Shown piece by piece: positions 38,318 to 51,680 of a DNA stretch of 64,000 nucleotides. The DNA lies in NCBI RefSeq assembly GCF_964355755.1, contig NC_092676.1:21656871-21720870 (forward strand). The letters run 5' to 3'. Position numbers and translations under genes: made by a program. The notes under the pieces were generated by a model that made no database searches, had not been told where the DNA came from, and saw nothing but the letters and a program-made list of their open reading frames with translations. Origin of the DNA: Antedon mediterranea. Its lineage: Eukaryota; Animalia; Echinodermata. Within the stretch, counting starts at the first letter, position 1. The number at the start of each line of letters is the position of its first letter.

Positions 38318-39514
38318 ACCCCTCGGAAAATACGAGCGGGGCGTTTCATGAAAAATCGGCGGCCCAACCGTTCATATGCCGGTAACATTGTAGTTTTTAA
38401 AAAAATCAAAATGCCTACCTTTTGACGTGTTTTATGCGTTTGTTGTGGTGTTGCTGCTGTTGATTGTAGATATGCCTACAGTGGCGATAATATGTTGGTC
38501 GTGATTGTTGGCGTCGATGGTGTTTTTGACCGGAAGGATGGCAGCTAAATGGAAACGTCCAGCCTATTCGTGTAAACTAAAGCATAGGCCTAAGTACAAG
38601 TTCACAATACTGTACTAACAGAGTCTTCTATTATTTAAAGAAGCCAGAACGCTGCGTCATTAATCAAAACAAAGAATAATATTAAAATGTGTTTAGGCGC
38701 GCCTATCCTCCTATTGTTTATGAACAGTACGTGATGCATGCATTTCAAGTGAAGCAATGAATTATTTAATTGTAAATATTTTATCAAAAACCTACAGTGA
38801 CCACAACTCGCCATTGACATGAATATAAAATAATTAATAAACACAACAGGCATAGAAATAAATTCCAAATTAATATCTACAAATCAAAGAAGATTTCTGA
38901 CATTAAACAAAAACTTCTGAAAAAACTTTACCTGCTCACATGTGTCATGATAGTTCTGAACATACGTCGTTTTTTTGGAGTGACGTAGCGGTTAATTGTT
39001 GTTTATTTTTTGCCATTTTAATGTCACATAAGAGTTATCCACTTTGACCAAAATTAGGTCGATAAATAAATTATTTACCTGAAAAACTATAACAAGAATA
39101 GGAAATAGAAAAAAGTGACCATCAAGGTAGGAATATGAATAATACATTATTGAATCGGCGAATAATTTATAATTTTTCAATTAGGGAATTTGTGCATATG
39201 ATATTAACGTTTAAATAAATATAATTTTGTTTAAATAAACGCTGGTTTTGTGTCAGTTATCGTGTTTATGGAACAGCGATGTGAATGTTTTTTATGATCA
39301 AAAATGCAATGCTTTATTGAATATGTGTCCTATTATTATTTTTATTATTTATAGTACAGGGATTTTTTTTTTGTCTTTAAAAAATGGATAAATTTCGATT
39401 TTTAAATACCTGGTTACCATACTATTAACATGCGCATGGTAAAACAATGTGGTCTGAGCATGCTCTTCATTATAATGTTATTCAACATGCGCATAAAGAT
39501 ATAGACTTTTGAAA

Positions 39515-39745
39515 TGAGAAATATCCATTAGAGAAAGGCTACCGATCTCGGACATACTTTGGCTGAGTGGCAAATCAAATTCCTGGTCTTCAAAAGCAAA
39601 ATCTTCCAGCAATCCAACATCTGGGATATCGGAGTCATTAGTAAATCGCGTGAAAATGTTAATATTATTATAGTGTCAGCATCTCTTTGGCATTTGATAA
39701 ATAAATTATCGTTAGAATCGGATGATGATGAAGCGTAATGAGACT
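39515..39745 (-). pseudogene. Diverged family B copy
   Basis: SHYASSSSDSNDNLF..PDVGLLEDFAFEDQEFDLPLSQSMSEIGSLSLMDI. Confidence 0.65.
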
Positions 39746-40323
39746 TTCCAAATTTGGAAAATCAGTAATAAAAACCCTCAAAAATGTATTTAACAATTTA
39801 AACTGATGAGAGTTAGGGGAAGTCTAATACAAGATCGCCAAACACAAAATCTTCCAGTAATATTATTATCGTCAGCAGATAAATTATTGCTTAAATTATT
39901 AAATCAAATTACACTACTTTTAAATCTTCCAATAACTTTACACTTTATCATTATTGGTCAAACATTCTTTCGTAATTAGAAAGCCCCTCCTATAACAGTG
40001 ACCAATAGATTTAACCTCCTTATCCTTCAGCCGAACCGTAAACACGGAGCCAGGAAATGGATTAATTAATAACAGTTGGGAGAATCGTTAAGGATTAATC
40101 AAGGACTTGCAATGGTCAAACAAAACATACACGCTAGAAAAATGATACCAATACCTATTCGAGTATCACTCAAACACTAAAAAAAGCAAAACAAAAAACA
40201 AATTTAAAAGAATCCAACAATCTTAACAGAGTCGTTAGCCTCCTTCTATTATTTAAAGGAGCCTGAACGCTGCGTCATTAATCAAAACAAAGAATAATAT
40301 TAAAATGTGTTTAGGCGCGCCTA

Positions 40324-43321
40324 AACACAAACACAAACACGGGACCCTCCCCCCCCCCTGGGGATTTTTTGGGACCAGTATTTTTTTTAACCCTACCCAT
40401 ATATGATGAACTCAAATCAGGTTGTCTGCACATTGCGCAGTGGTGCGTATTCCCGTGAGGGCGCGTTTTCAAAATGGCTGCCCATAGGCTCAGGTGCCTC
40501 TATCTTGGCAACCACTCATGGTAGAGACTTATAAATGGTCTCAAATTGTTTACAGTTAGCACATTTCTATTTGCTCTAATGAAAAGTTTTGTAAAAATTT
40601 GACCGGAAATGACATTTTTGTCACTCTGACCTTTGACCCGGTTTTGTCATATCTCTATAACTACTGGTAGTACACATTTGGAATTTGTCGCAAATTGTTT
40701 GGAACATGTGGTTTTATACTTGCTCTAATAAGGAGTTTTATGTAAAGGGGACTGGGAATGCCATTTCTGACCGTTTTGTCAAAATGGCTGCCAACAATTC
40801 TAATAAAAGTGCACTATTGGGTTTTTTTCTATATTTTAAAGACATAACATAACCTCCTGTTCCTCTACCAATACGTCAACCAGCTCATGTGGCATCATAT
40901 CACCTTCCGTCCACTTCAAATCCAACTTTTCATTTTGAATACACCAGCCATGCCCGTCTGGTTGAGGGATATTTGGTACGGCTTGGTGTGCTTGGTACCA
41001 AATAAACGCTTCATAATTAGATCTTTTAACATGCATTTTTAGACCATCTAGGCAAGGTGGAAGGAGGCTCATATCCATGTCATCATAGGTTAATGTCAGT
41101 TACAGTAGATTTAGTGTTGTAAAGACCGCACACAAAATGCTCCAAGCTTTCATGAGTTTCATCTGCAATTTCCAATGATCGGCCAAGAGTCAAAAATGCA
41201 CCAAGAAATTCCTGGTGCTGTTTGAGGATCTTCAAAGGTAGTAGTTTCCCCTTACGAACAAATGCACTGGTTGTGTCACAACCACTGAATGCATGTAATG
41301 CGGGAAGGGCATGACACACATCATTTCCCACATCACTTATGACTTTATGCACATCTACAAGACGTCTTGTATTGCCAACACCTGTATCAAATATTATTGT
41401 TTGAGTCAGTTCCTGGGTGTGATGAAGCAGAAGAATGAATACATCTGTGTCTAGAGATCGAATGATTATGGTAGAATTGGATGATGAATTTCTGGCAATT
41501 TGCAGACAGTGGAGAATCAACTTCGTATCAGCCTCTTCCTGTGTTGACGATAACTCTGTAAGTTCATCAGGCATAGTTTCTCGGCCATCATTGCTCTTCA
41601 GACTTATGCATTTATTCGTATAGCCAAATACAACTTCTCTTCCATGAAGATTTGGTGCATATTTATTTAGAAGAACCTCTTCTAGCCATTTCAATTCCTT
41701 CGATTGATAGTGGGAGGTAGTATCAGTTACAAAGTCCACACGTTTTACCTTAGGCAGCTGTCCAAATATACTCTCTGGCAGGTCTCCAAATGTATCAGGC
41801 AAAGCCATCTGTGCTTGCAGCAGAGCCATTCCGTCAACAATATATGTGGTTTCTCCAACCGGCCTTTCTATTGTGTTTGATTCGCCTACTAATGCATGCA
41901 TAAGCTTTGCCTTGTCTGTCTTCAGTGGAACACCATCAGCCGTTGCAAGTGCCCATGGCACAGAGCCCAATGAGAAACTAAACACCCTCTCCATACTAAT
42001 GTCATGCTTCATTGCTAAAAGTACAAGCTGACCAAATACATTTCTTTCAGCTTTTACTTCTTTGGTCTTTTTTGACTGTCCCGAGATCTTACAGGATTTG
42101 TCTTTTCACTTCTTGATTGGATGATGAAAACTTACTGTGCCTTCAACAAGTCGTTGCGGAACAAATTTGTCGTAAGCCTGTTTTCCAATATTATCAGCCT
42201 GGAGGAGATCATGTTCAATCTCATCTGATTTACAAAGTTATGAAATGCTGCTAGAACCTTGCAAGTATCTTGTTCACTGTTGATGATGTGTGAGGACTTC
42301 AAGCCCTTGTGTGAAGTCGATTCTAAGTTATCCATGTCTGCCATTTCCATTGTGGCTTGCTGGTAACCAGCCCTACTGTGTCTTGTCGTGCACCACCTAT
42401 GATATGCCGAATAGTTCCTGCTGAATCCTATGATTCCACCATGGCACTTTGCGTGACGGTTGATAGTTTGTTCAATTGTGATGTCAACAGCATTTCTCGA
42501 CATCGGAATTTGTGATCGTTTAACGCAAGAGCTCCTCTGCTCCGGGATGTGTCTCTGATATGTTTAGGAGAGACAGGAAATACACATTCTTTGTAGGCTA
42601 GCTAAATACAAATCAAAATTGTTTTCCTTAGTTGCTCTTTGAAATTGAAGGATAAGCCAAACTCGATCCATATAGTTAAGCCAGAACTGTGCAGTTTTAC
42701 CAAGTTCTCCTTGGCCTAGGCTAGTCCACCTTTTGCACCATGTACTGTACTAGGAGAGCAAATTGCTTGCTAATACTTACTATGAATTAACTTTGTTGTT
42801 GAAAAAGCACAATTTCCTTCGATAATTTAGGTCAATGTTATATAGACTAGACTGGTTTCATACAACTGATCAACTAGACTACTACTGCTATCTGTGTTCT
42901 GATTGGTTTAAAGTTGAATGTCATGCATCAACTAATTTGTCAGTACCAGTTAAATTATTGAATGGTAAAATGACATTCTGACATTTTTCTATTTTTTATG
43001 ATTTTCGACGGCCATTTTGAAATGCGCCCTCTATATTGACTTTTCGGAATACAAACATATACCTGACCACACATTATTTCAATACAGAACAATTAAAAAA
43101 CAAGTTAATTTTAGCATATAAATTACTGTTTTATCAATATATATAATATTTTATTAAATTTGGCGGCCATTTTGGAAAAAGCGCCCTCATCGGTTTACGC
43201 ACCACTGCGCAATGTGCAGACAACCTGATTTGAAAACCTATATGTGTGAGGTTTCCAAAAATGTATGGGTCATAAAATCCCCAGGGGGGAGGGGAGGGGG
43301 GTTACGGTAGCCCACAGTCTA
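40324..43321 (-). mobile_element. AcademX-like DNA transposon, internally deleted (XPG/PIN-like domain fragments)
   Basis: Motifs DITIEQTINR..GGIIG, QEEADT, DTDVFILL, HAFSGCDTTS..KGK and LPP..HVKRSNY. Long TIRs with a perfect core CAAATCAGGTTGTCTGCACATTGCGCAGTGGTGCGTA (~40413-40449 vs ~43196-43232). Terminus TAGACTGTGGG at 43321. An empty-site paralog lies at 38625-38780. Confidence 0.75.
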
Positions 43322-43827
43322 TATTGTTTATAAAGAGTACGGGATGCATGCACTTCAGGTGAAGAAATGAATAATTTAATTGTAATGATTTTACTATTTG
43401 TATCAAATGGTTATAAAATAATTAATATCTACAAATCAAAGAAGCAAAACCCTCTGAAAAAAGTTTAGGCCTACCTGCTCACATGATAGTTCTGAACATA
43501 CGTCGTTTTTTGGGGTGATGTAGCGGTTAATTCTTGAGCATTGATCATTTCTAGAATTCATCAGTAATAATTAACCTTTTTCAAGGATAATATTCACCGT
43601 ATATTTTTTTTTTAATGATAATCTTGATGTATCGGAGGTGGACGCTAGGATTGCCATGAAGACCTTGAAGAAGAAATATATAGAAAAAATAGTCAGTAAT
43701 GCAATTACTTTCTTCAAAGCATTAACGATATTAAATAAATGAAATTGTTTTGTTGCCATTTAATGTCACATAATAATTATCCACTTTGACCAAAAAAAAC
43801 ATTTTTTTTTAGTTTTGTTTTTCTACA

Positions 43828-46215
43828 TGTAAGGATGTGGACGACAACACAAAAGGAAAAACACGCCTTTTCTCACTTTTACCACGGTCCGGTGGTAAAA
43901 GTGAGAAAAGTGGTGGTATTAATTACCTACACAATTGCATCATAAGTGCCTGAATATTACTATTATATTACTAGAATAAATGCATGTTGGAATTTACTCA
44001 CACTATTTGAATACTAAACATATAAACAATAACAAATCCATGGGCGCAGCCATTTTGTATGATAAATAGAGGGCGCACTACATGACGATCTATCACGAGC
44101 ATGGTAGCCTCGTGTGTACAAATTAATCAAGTGTGAACTGTAGGATGAACTATTTTGTACAAACTGTCTAAATCTATCTAAACATATTTTGTTAATACAA
44201 AGAAGGTTTATCACAAAAGTATATATTATAACATTATATGGCATAAAATCCTAGTTCAAAGATTGTAACACAATACTATTCAATAGGCTTCCTAACTGCA
44301 CATTCCATGAGTCAAGGTTAACCCAAAACAAATGTCTAGGCCTATGAATGCAATCATCTTAAAATACAACATTAATGTTTCTTAAACATAACAGAATCTT
44401 ATAAATGTATAACAAAGTAATATATGTATAAAGTAGAGTAATTCAATTTTAATCAGATCTTTAATTAAGTAAGAGACAAAACTATCTGCTTCCTTGACCG
44501 GTTCATGAATACAAAAGAAAGCAAATCATTTGAAAAAGACTGTTACAATTATAGGGGGCAGTAACACCTATAGGGGGCAGTATTTAATTATCACATGATT
44601 AGATTAATCCCCACACTCCCCTGTTTAAGCTGAGTTTGTCCTCAAACTTAATATTATGACATTTCTGACTTTTGTAGCTGCCTTGATGTCTTCAACAAAG
44701 GACTCTACACATTCCCCTTCGGCTCCCACAAAGTGTCTCATCTTCTTCTCTGGGAGAACATATACTGTGTTTCCATTCCCATGGGCAGCACGCCTAGTTG
44801 CTTCTAGTTCGGCTCTTAGCTCATCAACCGTCCTCTGCACATCTCGCAACGATGCCTTGCTTGCCATCACTGATCTCTAATGTTAAAGCCAAATACGATC
44901 CACGATCCCACTTCTGACACCAAATTGTAAGGATGTGGACGACAACACAAAAGGAAAAACACGCCTTTTCTCACTTTTACCACGGTCCGGTGGTGTATTT
45001 GGTTTTAATTTGTTTTTAGCATAACAATAGAGATTAGTATGGTCCTGAAAACCACAAAATAAATACAATGAGAAACAAAAGTAAATAATATTCTAAAATA
45101 CAAGCCAATTCTTAGTAACGACCTCAACTTAACAGGCGACTCTAATAAAAAAGATTCTCTCTGAGGACTGCGACTATTACATCAAACGGCACGTCTACCT
45201 AAACAGCCTCTGTATACTTTGTTAGAGTATACAAATACCTAATTAATTACCTGCCTGAATATTACTATTATTGCCGTGGTTAGGATTCCGGCACGCTATT
45301 GCGCATGCTCAGAGCTCTGGGAAGTGAATAATTATAGCTTGTGACGTGCCACACTGCACACCACACTACCACTGCTGAGAGAGTCGGAGTGTTAGGATTT
45401 ACTGTAGCCTAGTTTTAGTCGTTGCGCGAGCGAGAGAGCGATGGATTAAACTTGGCCTAGGCCATACATGAATTAATAATTAAAATACGAATACGCCAGG
45501 CGCCACGCGTTAAAATAATTATTATGATATTAATAAGAATCGGTATATCTATCTACCGTAAGAATCGTAATAGGCCTACTGTATTTAGCGTTGCGACCCC
45601 GACTTCCCGAACAGTTTTTTCACATCCACGCGGTGGCTGCCGTCAATAAATTAACTTGTGATTGCATGTTATGTACAGTTATAATGCGTTATATGAAATC
45701 TTTTATTTTGTACTTGAAAAATCATAAAACTAGTCAACTCATGTAATTATATAATTCATAATTAGGCCCTATATGAAGTTTATATATGAATGAAGCCACC
45801 ACTTTTACAATTACAAAATAAATAGGCCCACTGGTCACGTCTAGCTGGTAGGCCTAGCCTAGTATTTACTATTAGTGGATCCCGTTATTAGTAGGCATCT
45901 ACGCTAGTTCGCCGTGGCGGAGCTATGAAATGATCCATCGCTGTTGATAAAGTATAGAGTCACCGATTACCGGCGCTCTGGGCATGCGCAATAGCGTGTC
46001 GGATTCCCTAACGGTTGGCAGTTGAGTTCCGGTGCCGGAATCCTAACCACGGCGTACTATTATATTACTAGAATAAATGCATGTTGGAATTTACTCACAC
46101 TATTTGAATACTAAACTTAGTCTATTCATTGAATCAAGGAGTTATAATCTTAGTTTGTGTAAAACATATAAACAATAACAAATCCATGGGCGCAGCCATT
46201 TTGTATGATAAATAG
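43828..46215 (-). mobile_element. Miniature/internally deleted Gypsy LTR element
   Basis: 3' LTR 43828-44615 and 5' LTR from 44926 (truncated at ~46215). PBS TGGTGTCAGAAGTGGGAT (44905-44922) is complementary to a tRNA-Leu 3' end. gag start at 44625-44870; PPT AAACAGGGGAG before TGTGGGG. Confidence 0.85.
45272..46054. mobile_element. MITE with 9-bp TSD (Mutator-like) inserted in the Gypsy LTR
   Basis: TIR GCCGTGGTTAGGATTCCGGCAC at both ends. TSD TACTATTAT at 45263-45271 and 46055-46063. The other LTR (~43958) has a single copy of the site. Confidence 0.9.
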
Positions 46216-46784
46216 CCATCAACATTACCGACACATATTAAAAGTTAATAATACAGCATTGGAACGGCTCAGTGAAATCTTCTACAAAATGTCTGTAGAT
46301 GTTGAACAAGAATGGGAAATAGAAGAAAGTGATCGTCAAGGTAGGAATAGAAATAATAAATTATTAAATCGGCCAATAATTAATAATGTAATGTAATTAA
46401 AATGTCTTTTATTTACTGCCGTGACATGTAACGAAGAGGAGTCACAAACAACGTCATAGGAAGAGGAGAGACAAACAAAACTGAACATATGAAATACTGA
46501 TGCTCAGACTCTGTTTTGTCGGCTGTGTCCGAACCTGTTCAACACTTTAATAACCAGCAAAAATTATGAAAGAAACACCCGTCAAGTCGTTAGATGGTGC
46601 CCAAAGACAACAACATTGAAAGCACTTGTTATGATTGATTTTAAAATTTAATAATTTTACTAGTAACAACCATTTTTCCTTTTCATTTTTTTAAGAATCG
46701 GCACAGCCGAAACATCAGCGTGTTTATCATAAGCGGCAGTGTAGATCCTGTGGGCCCATGATTACTAACGGTAGCGTTATCTTT

Positions 46785-47531
46785 CGCACCTGCCTTGTAT
46801 TTTAACTCCCAGCATTTATTCTGAATACCACACCTTAGAATTAGCACTTTTATGAAAAATAATCACATAAAAAGTAACAAATACATTTTTAAATTGATAA
46901 AAAAATTAAATTTTACAGACGTTTTTCTCGCACACATTCAATATTTTTGTTTTTATGGAATGTCAAAAGAGCAAAAATTATATAGAGGGCTGAAAACTCT
47001 GTGGAGTCCATCTATTTTAACGCATTTTTTAGATCAGTACGAAGGAATAAATACTCGAAAATAAATTTTAATTTAAAAATCATGATAATAAGTTTTTTGT
47101 TTCGTTTCTTTTCTGTTTTTATACTTGTAGGCCTACTATTATTGAAACAAAAATATTGAGCATGGAGAGAGGTTACAATATACCATGGAGTAAGAGTATA
47201 CTGTACAATGAAACACGTCTGTAAAATCATCAATTTGAAGAATTTATTATTTGTTTTTATATATATATATATATAAACTTTATTTAGACACGAGACTGAT
47301 GTGCAGTACAACTCGTTCAATCAATATTGATTGTTTTTACACAAGTTCGTGATACTGTATTACAACAACAAAATCAACACCATATAAATACGACAGAAAC
47401 GAAAAAATTGAAATTGAAAAGAAACAAAATTTCTCCTTCTTAATGTACTTATATAAGTCCTAATTTTAAAGTGTGGTATTCAGGATAAAATTAGTTGACA
47501 AATTTGGAGTCAAAATACAAGGCAGGTGCGA
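46785..47531. mobile_element. Probable MITE / foldback element
   Basis: tcgcacctgccttgtattttaactcc / ggagtcaaaatacaaggcaggtgcga and tgaataccacac / gtgtggtattca are nested inverted pairs. Confidence 0.55.
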
Positions 47532-50500
47532 TAGAAAAACATCCTCCGAACCAACACAACGGAGTAAATATATACCAACAAACAACCCGTCAAGTTTGTT
47601 TGTTGTAAAGAAAAAATATACATTTACTCAACAGGCGAAAATAATATGAGTTTATCTATGTTTTGCCGTAGTATTTAATTATATTTATGGTAATAAATGG
47701 ATAAACAAGTATTGTTTTTAAGCTGTAGTATATCTTAGAATTTGTAGTCTTGGGTCTTAGCTTTCGTAATCTTAGGTCTTAGGGGGTCTTAGCTTTCGTG
47801 GTCTTAGGTTTCGTGACACCCCATTAAAGAAAGTGTGCATTCACCTGTGCCACATCAATGGAATATGAACAACAGAAATAGCAAAATAGAGCAGTGACGC
47901 GGTTAGCTAAATATTCATGATCAGTAGTTTTATGGTATTTAGTAGGTGAGGCTCCATTTGATCAGTAGTTTTGTGGTATTCAGTAGGTGAGGCTCCTGTA
48001 ATTGGAATTAGTTATTTGTAATAATGTTTCACACTTTTATGATATTATATCGCATGATTTTGTGTTTATTTATTTGCATTGTCTTCTATATATAAATTTA
48101 CGTAAGGGCAAAATTCGGTAAATCGCGCCTTACTTCTAGAATTTTTACTCGATGGTATATAAAGTTGGTTCGTACTTTCGGTACTGATTTTAACCACCTG
48201 ATGTAACCCTGTTTACTAATTAAATTGAGTTAGATAATTAGTTATTGACGATTAAAACGAATTTAGGTTCAACGATTTGCCCCAAATAGGGGTGTTTTCC
48301 GATCGTGGTATACACTGTCTAATGGATGTCCAACTTGAAAAATACCCGCACACAATAATACGAGGACGCTTCGCATTTTCCTATCTCCTCCTACGATAAT
48401 TGTTTTTAATAGCTGAAAACCGGTTGAACTGCTCGAGTACAGCATCATAATGTTGAAGACAGGCCGATTTTCTTTAAAAAATACTATTTTGATAGATTTA
48501 ATTTACGTTTTTACAAATGTATTGATTTGCGATGAATGGAACATTCCAATCTCTCAGTCTGCCAGTTTGGTTTAACACAAGTAGGTAAATTTATGAGCCC
48601 TTGGAGAATAAACTTGCAATACTTTGACAATACAGTACAGCAAATACCTACCATTTTTGGTCGTCATTTGAATCGAACATTTCTTACTGTGAATACTGTT
48701 AGATGTAAACAAGAAATATTTCTTACAAAAAACGCTGCTCGCTTATTGAAAAATATTTTTTATTTCAAATGTTTTTGAATGTGTCATTTTATTGTCACAT
48801 AATAGATAGTTATTTTACCTGAAAAAAATGTAATTTAAAGCATCAAATACTTAAATTGTCTGTCAGACAATGGTTTTTGGGTTTCTTTTTCTTTTTTATA
48901 TGTGAATAAATATTACTTTTTTGTTACAGAAGTGAATACTCAATTTCTGTCACTTTAGTTAATTTTATTGCTAAGGTCAAATCTGGGGGTCACTTCATCA
49001 CCCATAGATATTTCAATTGTGAAGTATCCTATTACAAACACAAACTTTAATGGACTGTTTCGATAATAATTCAATGAATATCTGACAGTGAATATACCAG
49101 AAATGCTTAGGGATTTGTAATTTTAGCATGACATGTCCTAATAGACTCTTTCCCAGCCGTTTTTTGGGTCTACTGTAGCAGCTGGAATCAATAAATCATA
49201 GTGGAGTTTCCATTTTCACAAAACTGTCTGTCCTTAGAACTATAACTGCTGCTTGCTTTAGCTTCTGATTGAGTAGTCCTAATGGGACGTAGCGGGCTAG
49301 AGCAGCAGCGTGAAAAATATACACAAACATTTCTTACTGTGAATACTGTTAGATGTAAAAAACTATTTACAAATAAACTTTATTACTGTGATTATGGGTA
49401 GGCTCTACTGTTAGTGTTAGATAGATAAACACGTAATATACAAATAAACTTTATTACTGACAGTTGCTTCTCAACGTTTGCATTAATTAATAATTACAAA
49501 AAATATAAACGTCGTAGTGGTGTATCGTTACATGTACTTTACTATTTCAATCGACTATGACAGTGACAGTTTTAACAAAGTATTAAATCGCAAATGTTTT
49601 ACTATATTTAGTCACCGTTAGTGGTATATTATTTATAGACCTATAAAAAATGAAAACAATATTTCGTTACTGACGTGGATAAAGAATATATTTAAAAATT
49701 GTTCCTCTTTGTACCTATCCTCTTTCTCAACCCTAATTGGGTTTCTTTAAATGAATAAATCATTGTGTCTACTTATTCGTTTCTGTAAACGACAATGTAT
49801 TATAGTCCTGCGGTACGTGCATTTGAAATCGCCAGATTTGTTATTCTGAAATTACTGTGTATTCGAGAACCATCTGTGGGCACGACCTAGATGGTACGCG
49901 AGCGTACCATCTCTATAATTAGTTTACTGAGATATTAGGTGGTATAAATTGCGGTGGTAAGTATATGTATTAATTTTCAATTCAGGTAAAATCAGAATCA
50001 AGGGTGTCTTCACCGATTTAATGTTTTTCATTGCTCCCTCTCAAAATCTATTTTGGCATCATATTAGTAAGTGGAATACATTTTAAATAACACTATTTAA
50101 CACCAGGAATTATTAGCTTAAATAAAAAAAAACCCGCACGTATAAACATTGGTGCAGTTACGATTCTACATATGTCATACTCATATTCCAAAAAAGTAGT
50201 GTAACACGCAAAGATCAAATTTTATTTATATGATAAATTTTATTTAAGACACATCCATTTTTATTTTCCGAAATTTGCAAAACAAGGATGTTGCTTATAT
50301 ATATATTACAATTTTAATCAACTTAAACAATCACTAGATACATATAAATAAGTAGGGCCTACCTGTTAATTGTTAAATTCAATAACGTTAATGAAGCGTA
50401 CTTCAAATTGGTTTGAAATGCCTTATTGTCAACACAATTTAAATATAATTATGTTGAAAAAGGAAACAATAAATGTTCAAAGCAAACATGTTGGTCTCTC

Positions 50501-51680
50501 TTAATTGAAGGGCCGTAATATAGTTATTATAATGCTTGCATTTCATTAAGTCATTCAAATACTTAGTATGACGATACGATGAACGCATTTTACTAGCACG
50601 TTTGAGCCGATTCTCCTGAGAATTAGAACGGATAAGAGTAAGAGTCTTCCTCTCTTCTTCTCTTTTATCCGATAGTGTACAGTAGTAATATTCATTCACA
50701 CGGATATGAAAAATCCATTGATGGTGATTTATTTAACACCAACCAACTCTTTCTCTTTGCTAATATAGAAGAAGACTAAATTTCAATATTGAATCGCGTC
50801 TTTTCTCGTATGTTAATTACACTTTTATTATGAATAAAAAGAATTGAACTGAAATATATCGTTAATTATAGGCTCTCTGTGTGTCCCGCCCGAAAATCAA
50901 TTATTTATTCTGTGTTTTCAACATTTAATTAAATATATTATTATAGTTTTTTATGCTTGTGCCTTTAAGCTTGGTTCCCACTAGAACGTAACGCAAGGAC
51001 ATAAAGGCAACGCAAGCGTTTTAACCAGTGACAAGCGAAGTTATAGACAGTTAGCAATCACAAGCGAATAAGCCATCGCTTGTGATTGGTCAATTCATAT
51101 TGAAGAAAGTGTGCATTCATCTGTCAAACATGATTAGAATATGAATAACATATTATTATAAGCATAACAAATACAACAGTGCCACGTACCTGATTAATAA
51201 CAAACTGATCAGTGGTTCGTTTCTTTCAGTAAGGTGTGGTTCGAGAAGGTGAGCATTACAAACCCTCAGCTAATCGAGAATCGAATGTGTATTGTATGTA
51301 TATAGTACATAAGATACACGGATATGCCTACGATTTACATTCATGAATATTGTAAGTATTTTTCTATTTTCATAACTGAGAAGGGTTTAAAAAAGGACTT
51401 AATATGGTTTCAAGTAACTGGACCGTTTTCTGCGGCATAGAGTTGAATAACCGTTTATTTAAAAATGAGATAATAACAGAATTATGTTATATTAACCGCA
51501 TTTCTGTATTCCTAAACATCGTTAAAATCAGTGGGTGATGGTCGTTGTAAAAAGGGAAAAGGATAAAGTGCACTGGTTGATGAAATTTGGACAAATAGTC
51601 AGAAACTACACTCTAACTATAATTATTCATTCTTATATATATTATTTCCCAATAATAGAATAGTACAGTAAGCCTTAACG

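Noticed and set aside
46300-51600. Short ORFs (46852, 47012, 48536, 50439) and most other 60-100 aa ORFs in the track
   Set aside because: AT-rich low-complexity translations or antisense shadows of TE genes, with no motifs.
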